Positions 26,673 to 38,882 of a stretch of DNA of 64,000 nucleotides are shown here, piece by piece. Where the stretch lies: positions 806,001-870,000 of the forward strand of contig JBBPEB010000006.1 of the NCBI GenBank assembly GCA_039096225.1, in the 5' to 3' direction. The stretch is from Blastocystis sp. Blastoise. Taxonomy: Eukaryota > Protista > Bigyra: Opalinata. Position numbers and translations under genes: made by a program. How positions within the stretch are numbered: the first letter of the stretch is position 1; each line of letters opens with the position of its first letter. The notes under the pieces are model-generated. The model saw only the letters and a program-made list of their open reading frames with translations, made no database searches and was not told where the DNA came from.

Positions 26673-28126
26673 TTGAATTTTAGCATAAGTGATTTTACAA
26701 ATTTTCTTTGAAGGTGTTTTAGGCCATCTTTTGTTGTTAAACTATATATATATTTAATTATTAAATTATTATTATTATACATAGCAATATAATGATATTA
26801 TAAATAAAAATATAAATATAAAAATAAATAAATAAAAATAAATAAAAGCATAAAAATAAAAATAAATAAAAACATAAAAATATAAATAAAAATAAATATA
26901 TACATAGCTCATAAAATCTTCTATAAGTTTGGGAGATAATAAATTAATATATGCATAACCATAATTACATTTTGTATTATAATCAATTGGTAAATAAAAG
27001 AAATTATATTTATTATACATATAATTATTTAATATACGAACCATCGATGTTTGAGTAAAACTATATATATATATATAACAAATGAACATAAAAAATAATA
27101 ATAATAAACTTATAAAATAATAAACATAATAAACTTATAAAATAATAAACATAATAAACTTATAAAATAATAAACATAATAAACTTATAAAATAATAAAC
27201 ATAATAACATATATATATACCTATTCGGTATATTTTTAATCATAAGTGTTGTTCTAGAATCTTCTCCACTTCTTACTTTATGTATATCAATCTCTAATGA
27301 TATATTTGATTTATAATTATTTTCTAATTGTTCACTTGCTTCATAAATAGAAGGATATTGATCAAATAAAGAACCCTATATATATATAACATATAATAAA
27401 CATAATAATAAATATAATAATAAATATAATAATAATTATAAAAAAATATATATATATACAACAGAAGGATAATCAAAATTTTGGCTTCTTTTACTTGATA
27501 CATAACTACCTCTAGCTCTAGATTGTCCTGTATAAATATCTTCATTTAGTCCATCATCAAAAGAATAAGAATTCATAGGTGCTTGTGGAATAGGACTGTA
27601 TTGAGTACCATGATATGTACTTTGATATCCAGTTCGATCACTAAATGATGTAGGATAATAACTGTCATCAGGATAAGGTGAATAGGGACTCATTGGTGAA
27701 TGTGCTGTAAATTGTTCAGGAGAACGTTCAGCATAGACTTCACCTGCTAACGAGTTATCTCGAGATAAAGGCCTTGAATAATAATCCTGCATAGATCCAT
27801 CAAATGTATGAGCACTATAACGATTATAATAATCAGCAAAATCTCCTTGATTATCTGAAGAAAATGGTTGTCTATGAATAAATGGATCTGGATTTGAGTT
27901 ATAAATATTGCCTCTATTATGGACATAAGAATCCTCCGAATAATCTCCCTTTAACATTGCATATATGGCTCTACTATCACCAGCAGAACCTTTTTCCTCC
28001 AAAGAATAAGGTGCCTATAAATGATAAAAATAATATATAACTTCATTAGAAGAATAAATAAATAATAAGAAAAAGAACAAAGTCACTTACTGCTGGATCA
28101 TGATAAGCCGAATTGAAAAACGACAT
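26021..28126 (-). CDS. Mei2-like RNA-binding protein (C-terminal RRM3 type), multi-exon
   Basis: SRTTLMIKNIPN / YNFFYLPIDYNTKCNYGYAYINL / FNNKRWPKTPSKKICKITYAKIQG...FRP is the Mei2 RRM3 signature; ATG at 28126, 36-nt first exon, GTAAGT donor. Confidence 0.88.
27101..27200. repeat. 25-bp minisatellite x4 in a Mei2-like intron
   Basis: ataataaacttataaaataataaac at 27101, 27126, 27151 and 27176. Confidence 0.85.
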
Positions 28127-28421
28127 AAAATAATTAAGCCTTCAAAATTAGTAGTAACTCCAGAATATAAAAATAAATACGGTTAAACAAAACCTATTTA
28201 TATTAATTGTTTTTTATAAATAAAAAAAGCTATTCTAAACAAACAATGACGTTCTCTTCCAAGAAAAAGGGTATTTTTCAAGCCTATAAAGAAATAGCTG
28301 GAAAAATTATGGGAAAACTACAATCAGTGCCAAAACCTGACAACCCTTATCGTTTTCAATAGTTACGGGGAATTTTTTGACGCGGTTTTTTTTGTTTGAA
28401 TTGTAATAACATGTAGAATAT

Positions 28422-28441
28422 ATTCTAGAAATTTCTAGAAT
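28422..28441. promoter_or_regulatory. Perfect 4-unit heat-shock element inside the Tc1 left end
   Basis: aTTCt aGAAa tTTCt aGAAt = four alternating nGAAn pentamers, about 110 bp upstream of the transposase ATG. Confidence 0.6.
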
Positions 28442-28549
28442 ATATAATTAGTGGTTTTGGAAAAACAGAAATTTTAATTGGAACACAATTACTCTGAGAC
28501 CTTTTTTAACCCTTTAAAAATAGTTTTATTCTTTAAAAATAAGTTGTGT

Positions 28550-29563
28550 ATGGGTAAATACGTCGTTATAACTGAAAGAGAGTTTAGAAAGATGATAAGA
28601 GACGGGTACACGGATGAACAGATTGCCATTCATTTTCATTGTTCGCTTAGAACTGTTGCCCGTAGAAGGTCCCAATACAATATGTCCAAGTCAACTAAGA
28701 AAGGTGGAAGACCACAAGTTTTAACTCCTTCTAATTTACGAGAAATCAATAATATTGTCCCAAAAAGCTCTGAGAACTCTAGCGTTTTATTGGATATCTT
28801 CCAAAAGAAAACCGGTACTCATGTCTCAAAAAGGTCCTTTATTAGAGGACTCCATGCTGTTGGTTACGTCGCCAAAAAGAAGCTTCATAAACCACTCATA
28901 TCGGAGAAAAATAGAAAAGTCCGATTGGATTGGTGTTTAAAATACCGAAATATGCCAATAAGTTTCTGGGAAAACGTCCTCTGGTCTGACGAGTGTTCTA
29001 TTAGAACACATCAATCAACCTTTCAAGAATACTATTGGAAGAAACCTGGTTCTCCAAATAAGCCGTCAGAAATCATTCCAACCATGAAAAACGATGGAAA
29101 ATCGATTATGATTTGGGGATGTATGACGCAACATGGTGCTGGTCAAATGGAGGTCCTTGATGGTCATGTGACATCATTAAAGTATGGAGAAACTCTTGGT
29201 CGAACTCTTCCGTCAACCGTGGAAAAATTGCAAATTGACCCCAAAACTATGGTATTCCAACAGGATAATGCTCCTATTCACAAGTCAAAAAAGATGAATA
29301 GTTTCTTTAAAACTGCTCAACTTACAGTGATTGATTGGCCTCCACAGTCCCCAGACCTTAATCCCATTGAACATCTTTGGGTCTATATTAAAAGAAGATT
29401 ACAAAGAAATTCCCATTGCGGATATACTTTGAGTCAACTAAAGGTCGAAGTTGACAAGATATGGAGGTCAATACCTGTAAATGTATGTGAAAGGCTTGTT
29501 TTATCAATGCCGAAAAGAATTGAGGCAGTAATAGCCAATAATGGTGGATTTACAAGATATTAA
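28550..29563 (+). CDS. Tc1-like transposase (337 aa), intronless
   Basis: N-terminal HTH region, GGRP linker, WSDE, FQQDNAPIH, SPDLNPIEHLW with 34 residues between the second D and the E; first in-frame ATG at 28550. Confidence 0.95.
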   Translation: MGKYVVITEREFRKMIRDGYTDEQIAIHFHCSLRTVARRRSQYNMSKSTKKGGRPQVLTPSNLREINNIVPKSSENSSVLLDIFQKKTGTHVSKRSFIRGLHAVGYVAKKKLHKPLISEKNRKVRLDWCLKYRNMPISFWENVLWSDECSIRTHQSTFQEYYWKKPGSPNKPSEIIPTMKNDGKSIMIWGCMTQHGAGQMEVLDGHVTSLKYGETLGRTLPSTVEKLQIDPKTMVFQQDNAPIHKSKKMNSFFKTAQLTVIDWPPQSPDLNPIEHLWVYIKRRLQRNSHCGYTLSQLKVEVDKIWRSIPVNVCERLVLSMPKRIEAVIANNGGFTRY

Positions 29564-30666
29564 TATTTGTGTTTCAATTCAAAAAAATGGTTTTTTAAAT
29601 TTTTTTCCATGACGCTTATTTGTTTTGTTTCCCTGTTTTAATAGTCAATACAACCTTTGATGACAAATGACTTAATAAAAAAAAAACAAAGAAAAACTCG
29701 CCAGTTTAAAAAAAAAACCGAGGTTGTCAGGTTTTGGCACTGATTGTATATAATTAGAATGGCTGGTGATCTTGATCTTGTTTTCGAGTTCTTTTGTGTT
29801 TTGTGAAACACTAACAATAAACGTGGTTATCTCTATAAAGATCAACAATAAATAGAATTTCCCGTGGTTATAAACTTTTTATTGCCTATCTCGTTCTATC
29901 CTGATTTTTGACATTTTTTTACATAAGAAGCGGCAACAACGAATCTTCCGATCATTCTATTGGCTAATATTTCTTGATCAATCGTCAAATCATATTGACT
30001 TTTTCTCAAAAAAAAGTGATTTCTAAGCCAATCAATTGATATCAAAAGAACAATGTAACTTCTCCCATTATCGAATTCGATTCGAAATGGCTGTCAACTT
30101 AGTTCAGAATTATTCATATTAATTAAGTATACATTATATATATATAATTATATGATTATAAATAAGATTAACTGAATGAGTAACCAATTCAAGAAGCAAA
30201 TAATTCAAAAATTTACAATAAATTTTTCAATTTTGTATTTTATTAATGTTTATGTTTATAATTATTTAGTTTTGGTTGTGTGATAATAAACAAGGAGTTA
30301 TGGATATCTTAAAGAATCAGAATATATATATATTTATAATTCTTATTGTGATCTGCAACAACATTTAGTATTCTTTAGAATTGTGCTACTTATATTCTAT
30401 AGATTACAAAATCATACCTCCATATACTTTTATTAATATACATAAAACATTATTATATTTTTTAAAAGTGTTATTGAAAAGGATAAATAACAAACAAAAA
30501 ATAAAGTATATTTATAAATGCGCAACTATGAGAAGATATCTTTAATAAGATTTATTTTTAATATATATATATTTATTAATTTAAAAAGCAGAAGAACTTT
30601 ATATATCTAGCATTAATATTGAATAATAATAATATATATATATGTTTATATATAATATCAATTTCA

Positions 30667-31337
30667 TTAAATATACATAGAATCAATTTCTTGTTGATAA
30701 TGATGATGAATACTATTTCTTTTCATTTTCATTGTATTTGTTAATTCATCTTTTTGAACTGTAAACATTGTATTCAGTATTATATTTATGAATAATTGAA
30801 TCTATATATTGTATCCATTGTATATCTTGTTGGACTTCTTCTATAGTTAAACTTGTAGAATTCAATTTTTCAGACTGAATAAGAGAATCTGAATCCAGTT
30901 GATTGCTAACAGTTCCATCTTTATTCATTTTTAATTTAAGACATAATAAAATAGATAAATATTTTCGTTTTTCTCCAATAACAATACAATCAGATAAACA
31001 CGAAAATAACGATAAAATACTGGTCTCTATATATAATGGAGGAATATTCTCACCTCCCGCGGTTATAATCAATTCCTTTAATCTACCAGTTATATACAGA
31101 AAGTGGTTATCATCGAGATATCCCATATCTCCTGTATGAATATAACCGCGGTTATCAAAGGCTTCTTGAGTTTCTTTTGGCAGATTCAAATATCTATATA
31201 AAAGGTTAAAAAATGAAAAAATTTAAAGAATTAATTGAATTGTTATATATATAGTGTCATAAATATATTAAGAATTTATATATAGTTAACAAAAAATAGA
31301 ATTTGGTATGTTATGAAATATTATTATTATTATTATA

Positions 31338-31421
<84 letters not shown>

Positions 31422-31422
31422 C

Positions 31423-31485
<63 letters not shown>

Positions 31486-34457
31486 CCCCATCATAGATCC
31501 TCTTCCTTTATATAATATTTCATTTGTTTCTGTAGATATATATATAGAGAGAGATGGTAGAGGTTGACCAACACTTCCATACTATATATATTGTTATTAT
31601 ATATAAATAACTTGATAGAAATATTATTATTATATATAAGTAGTCAATAAATATATATTGCTATTCTATATAAGTAATTATATATATATTATTACTATAT
31701 ATAAATAACTAGATATATATAAGTAGTCTATGATAAAAAAATGGAATATTATACTAATACTATTTCTATATATTTATATAAATATATATACCTTTACACA
31801 TTGACCTATGGGTGTATTGACAGAGATTAATCCGGCTGATTCTGTCTGACCATATACATCATGTATACTTAAATCTATATAGAATTTATATGTAGAATAT
31901 ATATACATAGATACATAGACAGAAGAGTTTTTATATGATTTATTAAAAGACATATTAATATATATGTTATTAATGGTATATAGAATAATAATGATAAGAG
32001 TATACTAATAGAATTAAAGAATTGAATAACAGAAGGAGAAAGAGTTCCTGCCGAAGAAATCACATATCGACAACTATATATATAATTTTTATTATATATT
32101 ATATATTTTATAATATTAATTCTATATACATATATTCAATAAATATATATAAATGATATATATATATATAGTAATTTACACATATATACTCTTCTAATCC
32201 TATTAATTTCTTTATGGGCTGAAAAACTAAAGAATCTGCTAGCGAAAATCCCCACGGGAATTCATCCTTTTTCCCCCATTGTTTTGCTTCTGACGCCTTA
32301 TACCCGATTGTCATAACCCATGATAGTAGCAAACGATATATAGGCTATTATATAGAATCAAAATAATATAAAGTATTATTATATAGAATAAAAAGTGTAT
32401 AAAAAGAATAGGTATACTATAATAATAATAATAAAAAAGAGAAAAGAAAATTGTTAAAACATACCAGAAATAATAATAAATAGAATATAATAGAGTATAT
32501 TTTAAAAAAGCAAATAAACAAATATATATATTTATTTATATATTTATACATGAATAGAATTCAGTTTGATTGTCATTTGTTCGTACATTTTTTCGAATAC
32601 TCTTGGAACACCAACGAATATGGTTGGATGACAACGTTTAATTGTGTTTATTAGTGTTCCCTTAAAACAATCTGAATCAGCTATATAATTAGTTATTTGT
32701 TAATATATATATATATATATAGATATATAGATAATTATTATTATTTAAAGAATCGATATACTATAGTTTATTGAAAAATAATGATATAATATTATATATA
32801 TATATATATATACCAAAATAGAGAGTAGCCCTTGTTGTTGAAGGTGTAATGATATCAATATACTGAGCAGCAATATGAGAGAGAGGAAGATAAGATACCT
32901 ATATACAGTTAATAAAATAGAATTCATCATATATATTAAACAGATATATAATATATAGAATAAATAAAATAGAATTCATCATATATATTCAACTGATTAC
33001 ATATAATATTTAGAATAAATAGAATAGAATTCTTATATATTCAATTGATTATATATAATATATATTTATAAAACAACGAATGTATATTATTATACATACC
33101 AGCCGTTCATTACCGTTTAGATCCCCCACTTTTTGTAACATAAAACTACTATACATGCATGCGTCATGCGATATTAATACTCCTTTTGGAGTACCCTATA
33201 GAATCGAAAAGATATATATATATAAATAAAATATACATATATATATATATAAAATATATATATATATAGAATGAATTCTATTTATAACAAAAAAAAATCC
33301 TTGCAAAAAGATTTATATATATATACAAATAAAATATATACATATATTCAAAAACATACATAAAAATAGTATAAAATAGCATATATAAAATGAATAATAA
33401 TAATATAAACAAAATATACAGTTGTTCCTGATGTATAAACCAGAGTAGCACAAGATCCTGGATTCACAGATTCAGCAATATTCAGAATGGTCTGAGACTC
33501 AACTTCAATAGATAAAGAAATAAAATCATTCCAATTATAAAGTATAATTGACTATATATATATTAAATGATTCTAATATTTATAATAACTGTTTATAAAT
33601 AGTCTATAGAATAGAAACTATATACTATTTATAATCAAATATATATATATATATATACATTATTTGTATTATTCAATATAGACTGTATTTGTTGACCATA
33701 TCTATGAATAATAGAAATATATATATAGTGAATATATATATATAATAATATACATAACAATGTATTTAAGAAAAGGAAGAGAATTAGAAATAGAAAGAAT
33801 TCGTTCAGCTTGTATTAATGAATCACATATAAAGATATTTGAATGTGAATCATTTAATATATATAATAAGAGATCCGTTGTATTTGAACTATATATACCT
33901 ACAGTAACATTATCTGATAACCAACAACCTTGATAACAATAAAATAAAGATGGACAATTAAATCCACTTAACGCCACAGCACTCTTATTCACTATATGCA
34001 GTCTATACAATGCTTTTGCTACTCTAAAGATATTATTATTATGTTTATTATTATAAAAATAATATCTTAGTTATCATTATTATAATTATGTTTATTCAAA
34101 TAAAAATAATATCTCAGATAACATTATTATTATGTTTATTCGAATAAAAATAATATCTCAGATATCATTATTATTATATAAACTATTTAACATACTTCAT
34201 TGACTCATCAAAATAAGTTTTGTACGATATAATATCATTCTCACTTGTTACTAATGCTGGATATAAATCAAATTCTGAGCAATGACAAATAAAAGACTAA
34301 TAAGTTTATGAATATAATATCGTTAGAAACTTATAATAGATTAGTATGAATATACATGAGGTATTGAAACAGGTTCTGGATCATATTCAGGATCTCCATT
34401 TCGTAAAATAGGAACAATATCTTTAAGAGAGATGCCTTTGCCTACAGTAGCATTCAT
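30667..34457 (-). CDS. Long-chain fatty-acyl-CoA synthetase (bubblegum/ACSBG-like), multi-exon; last exon frameshifted (possible pseudogene or assembly error)
   Basis: YTSGTTGTPKGV, SYLPLSHIAAQ, VGVPRVFEK, YGQTESAG, GYIHTGDMG, ITGRLKELIITAGGENIPP; the conserved tail FTVQKDELTNTMKMKR...IDSMYI lies in a different frame. Confidence 0.85.
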
Positions 34458-35209
34458 TATTTTAATTTTAATAAATCAAATTATCATCTGATTGATTTCA
34501 GACATATCCTTTGTTAAAAAAGAACTAAAATATGAAAAAGAAGAAAAACACCAAACGAAGAATGATATTCTATATATTGAGAATACTTAGCCATGTTGTA
34601 TATAATTGTTTTATACATAGAATTCTTCAATAAATGACACGATAACCAAATCAACAGAAGATTTATATATAAAAAAAGACTTATTGTTGGACCACAACGA
34701 AATTCGCATATTATAATTAGTATATTGTTAATGTATTCTGATAAATAAAATAAATAATGAGCAAATGAATGAATAATATATTTTTATTCGTATAAAATAT
34801 TGATGCTCACTTTAAAAAACAGACCTAGCTGTCTATAAACAATATTTTTTTGAAAATAGATTCTTAATATTCCTTGAATCTTATAATAAAAAAATCTTCT
34901 TTCTCTTCTTTTTTTTTGATATAAAAAAACAAATAAATCTTTATTTTTTGATATATCTGATAATAGAAAAACTAACGAAAGACAAAATAGGAATAGATCA
35001 ACAATTAATAGAAAAAAACGTTGATACAGATGAAAAGGAAATAAATTATAGATTAGAAGAATAGAGACAGAACTAGGAAGGAATTGAAAGTTTATATATA
35101 ATAATTAAAGTGCAGCTATTTGAGAAAAAACATACACATTAAGTGAATGTTTCAAAAGTTCAAAAAGAGAATCATTGTTGTAGACAAAAACATAGGTTCA
35201 TTATAAGGA

Positions 35210-35731
35210 TTATAAGAGACTGGATTTCAAGTAATTCAAAACATTGATAATATCTTCTTTATTTTCAATAGACATGAATGAAAAAACTACTTTTCTAAAT
35301 AAGAAATAAACCACAAAATGAATATAATATATATAATATTTATAATAAATATTTAAATATAATATAAAATATATTATATATATATACCTTTTTTCAGTTT
35401 TGATAGCTACTTTTAATACTCCTGCGTTGATAATGGTAACAATATCAGAAATATTAATATATGCTTTATTGGATTTGAATAGTCCAGGTTTTCTGTCCCA
35501 ACAAATCTAGAGTAAAATATTTGTAGAAAGTCAAATATAGAGACAAATAGTATGTATAAAGAGACAACTTACAGCCTTACTGTTGTTTTTATCTACGATA
35601 TATATCTTCGATAAATGTTCCTCACCATTTCCACAGTACTTTACACACTCCAAACCTTCTTTAAGGAAATCATACATTTGTTTTGTAGCTAAGAACTATA
35701 TTATATAAATCTAAATCAAATATACAGTCAT
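35210..35731 (-). CDS. Small (~110 aa) PH-domain-like protein, 4 exons; absent from the ORF track
   Basis: GT-AG splicing gives MT/FLATKQMYDFLKEGLECVKYCGNGEEHLSKIYIVDKNNSKA/ICWDRKPGLFKSNKAYINISDIVTIINAGVLKVAIKTEKR/KVVFSFMSIENKEDIINVLNYLKSSLL-TAA; the strand/helix pattern resembles PLC-type PH folds. Confidence 0.6.
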
Positions 35732-36558
35732 TCATTGCACTTTAATACGTCAACAAAAGAAAACAAAGACCCAAAATGCAAATAAAAAATAAAATATTCT
35801 GAAAAATTCAGTTATTTCAGTGACAAATTTTAAAAATTGTAAAAAAGATTTTTGAAACTTTCATTTAAAAGGTTAATAGTCAAGTTAGTGTCAGTATATG
35901 TTTCGAGTGATAATGCTTTAATTATTTCTCTTTCTTTTGTTAGGATCAATTGATAAGAAATCATTTATTTTGAAATCATTAATTTAATTATGTATTCTTA
36001 TGCTGATAAATTTGATATAAATAAATGACTCATATAAATTATTGAACAAATTCGATGATAACTACATTGTCTAAGGAGTTGATCCTTTAAACAAAATTAA
36101 TTATCTTTTTATTTATAATAGATTAATTGAAAAATATACTCCAAGACTCATATGAAATATATATATGTTGGTACCAACGTGTCTATTCAATTATCTAGTG
36201 AGCATCAACAACAGTTTAACTGCATCATTTTATCACGATTCTATTATTGCACAAATAATTATTAAAAATCAAAAGAATATAACCATTCAAACCCTATTTA
36301 TATATTAAAGCATCAATGGAAAATATCTAAAAATTGTATTCTATCACACATTCCTCTGTATCTCAGAATCCGTGCATCCAATAGAGAATGAGAAATTAAA
36401 ACGTTCTCCAATAATTCAATCAAGAAATTTTTCATTTAAGTGGTTTCTCTACTCAATGAGATTTTATTTCTGAGGAATCTCAACATTTCAACCATCTGCA
36501 TTTCAAATTTTGTTCTTTTCCTACAGTTTGATTCTTTATTATATATTATCAGTTGATA

Positions 36559-37947
36559 ATGGATCATTATAAAGAAAGTGGTGTACACCCAGTTGCTGTT
36601 TCTGTTCCTGAAAATGTTTCCGTTTCTACTGTTGATTCTATTCCTGTTTCTATTACAGAAACTATTCCTAATTCTGAATCTGTGCCTACTAATGAAACAA
36701 AAAGTAGACTAGATAAAACAGTTTGTAATTCTTCATGGACAATGAAGCACATTCTTTTATTTATTCTTCTTGCTTGTACGATGCTTCTTCTTGGGATTAC
36801 TACAAGTGCGAATGGTGTTGCTTTAGCACTCGTTAAGGATTATTTTGGTAATAATTATGATATGCAAGGATTTCTTGTTGCTGTTGGAGGTCTTGGATAT
36901 GTGTTCTTTTCGTTCTGCTGTTCGTATATGTTACGTACTGTAGGAATTCGTTGGGTGTTTTACACTGGTTTTATTATTTTTCTTGTTTGTTATCCTCTTC
37001 TCATAATCACTACAAACTTTTATGTTTTCTGTGTTATTTATTTCGTAGTTTCTTTTGGAACATCTATGTTTGATGTCGGTGGCAATTGTACAGGTACTCT
37101 TCTTGCTCATGAACATAGTGGTATTATTATGCATCTTGTCCATTTCTTTTATGGTCTTGGTAGTACTCTTGGACCACTCTATGCTCAGATGTGGACAGGT
37201 GTATTAAATGATTCTTATAAAGGTATTTATCTTGGTATTACTGTATTAACTGGTATTCTTTTCTTATATGCTTTATTTGCTCCTTTTGATATTTCATGTA
37301 TTCAAGAAGCTGATAAATCAGATATGAGTATTTTAGATGCTTTAAAGAATAAAATAGTTTGGATTATGGCTATTACTTTAGGTATATTCTATATCAATGA
37401 ATTAGGTATAAATACTTGGGGATTATTATATTTAAAAGATGTATATCAAATTGACCCACTTGGAGAAGGTGCTACTTGGATAGCTGTTTATTTCTTGTTA
37501 TATACATGTTCAAGACTTTTTAGTGGCTTTATTGTTGATAAATTAGGTCATTTTAATTCATTAACTATTTGTTCTGTTACTATTTTTGTATTATATCTTG
37601 TTGGCTTTCTTATTGGAAGACCTGGAATATGGGTTATTTGTTGTACTGGTTATTTCTTAGCTATTATATTCCCTACGGTAATGTGTGTAGGTATTGATAT
37701 TTTTGGAAGTGATGTTTCAAATGCTGTTAGTGTTGTTCAAACAGTTGCAGGTCTAGTTAACGTCGTTTTACAACAACTTCTTGGAAATGTTAATGAACAT
37801 ATTGGTAATATTTGGGCTTTCCGTCTTTTTATACCTATATCTCTTCTTGTAGCTATATTAATACAAGTATTATATTGTATTACGAAACCTTATCTTCAAA
37901 AACAAAAAGATGATGAAAAACCTCTTATTGATCAAGAAAAACAATAA
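36559..37947 (+). CDS. MFS transporter (FucP/TsgA-like sugar permease), intronless
   Basis: About 12 hydrophobic helices, HFFYGLGSTLGP and SRLFSGFIVDKLG MFS motifs; first ATG at 36559. Confidence 0.85.
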   Translation: MDHYKESGVHPVAVSVPENVSVSTVDSIPVSITETIPNSESVPTNETKSRLDKTVCNSSWTMKHILLFILLACTMLLLGITTSANGVALALVKDYFGNNYDMQGFLVAVGGLGYVFFSFCCSYMLRTVGIRWVFYTGFIIFLVCYPLLIITTNFYVFCVIYFVVSFGTSMFDVGGNCTGTLLAHEHSGIIMHLVHFFYGLGSTLGPLYAQMWTGVLNDSYKGIYLGITVLTGILFLYALFAPFDISCIQEADKSDMSILDALKNKIVWIMAITLGIFYINELGINTWGLLYLKDVYQIDPLGEGATWIAVYFLLYTCSRLFSGFIVDKLGHFNSLTICSVTIFVLYLVGFLIGRPGIWVICCTGYFLAIIFPTVMCVGIDIFGSDVSNAVSVVQTVAGLVNVVLQQLLGNVNEHIGNIWAFRLFIPISLLVAILIQVLYCITKPYLQKQKDDEKPLIDQEKQ

Positions 37948-38234
37948 AAATATATTTATTATTCTATTTTTTACTTTTATTTATTTTGTATATATATATT
38001 TAAAAAAATGTTTTCATTTTTCTAAAGTATAGAGTTATTTTTATCTTTTGTATTTTTTTTTCTTTATTTTTAAATTATAAAATTGAGTGTATACAACTAT
38101 ATATCTTTTTTTTTAAAAGAACAAAACAAACAATATATATATTTTCAAATAATTAGTAGAATAATATGAATACAAACCCCAAATAAAGAAAAAGCAATAG
38201 CAACTAGAATAGAAATAAATATATATTTTTTTGT

Positions 38235-38882
38235 TTAATTAATAGTAATTTTCTTTGTTTCCTTAGGAACAATTTGTTCTTTAGGAAGAGTTAAATGTAA
38301 GACACCATTTTCATATTGAGCAGAGATATTATCTTGATCAACATGGTCAGGAAGAGCAATAGTTCTTTGGAATGAACCGAAAGAACGTTCAACATAACGA
38401 TAATTCGTAGTTTCATCACCTTCATGGATTTCATCTTTACGTTCACATTCAATAGTAAGATTATCATCATCAGTAGCTATATGAATATCTTCTTTATTCA
38501 TACCAGGAAGATCAACAGAAACAACGAAATTACTTTTATTCTCTTTTACATCTAAACGACCAAATCCAGAAGTAGGATGAATCAATTTATTACTTCTTTG
38601 TCTAGTAAGAGTATTTATATTCTTCTTATTATTCTTCTTAGGACAATTACATTGTTCTTTTGTACATTTACATTCACCTTTAGGACAAGTACAAGTACCA
38701 GCAGGACAAGGACAATCTTTATTATCACAAGTATTTGTTTGTTTAGTTTCAGCTTCAGGTTCTTCTTGTTCTTCATCAGGAATAATACTATTTAAGAAGA
38801 AAGAAGGTCTGAAGAAATCACGACGAGGAGAAGCTCTGTAAGCATCAAAGAAAGGATCATAATCACCAAATAAGAAACTCAT
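38235..38882 (-). CDS. Small heat-shock protein (HSP20/alpha-crystallin domain) with a Cys-rich insert
   Basis: DVKEN..FVVSVDLPGMNKEDI...ERSFGSFQRTIALPDHVD..ISAQYENGVLHLTLPK and a C-terminal IxI motif. Confidence 0.95.
   Translation of the reverse strand: MSFLFGDYDPFFDAYRASPRRDFFRPSFFLNSIIPDEEQEEPEAETKQTNTCDNKDCPCPAGTCTCPKGECKCTKEQCNCPKKNNKKNINTLTRQRSNKLIHPTSGFGRLDVKENKSNFVVSVDLPGMNKEDIHIATDDDNLTIECERKDEIHEGDETTNYRYVERSFGSFQRTIALPDHVDQDNISAQYENGVLHLTLPKEQIVPKETKKITIN

Larger units (their letters stand above)
28321..29746 (+). mobile_element. Complete Tc1-family (DD34E) DNA transposon, 1426 bp
   Basis: Perfect 25-bp TIRs caatcagtgccaaaacctgacaacc (28321-28345 and 29722-29746); TA target duplication at 28319-28320 and 29747-29748; intact transposase ORF. 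Confidence 0.97.

Noticed and set aside
27101-27200. CRISPR-like appearance of short repeat arrays (also 3829-3957 and 14484-14700)
   Set aside because: Head-to-tail repeats with no unique spacers, no cas genes, and a eukaryotic context
27251-27265. Three-unit HSE match inside a Mei2-like exon
   Set aside because: Within coding sequence; three-unit matches are expected occasionally at this AT content
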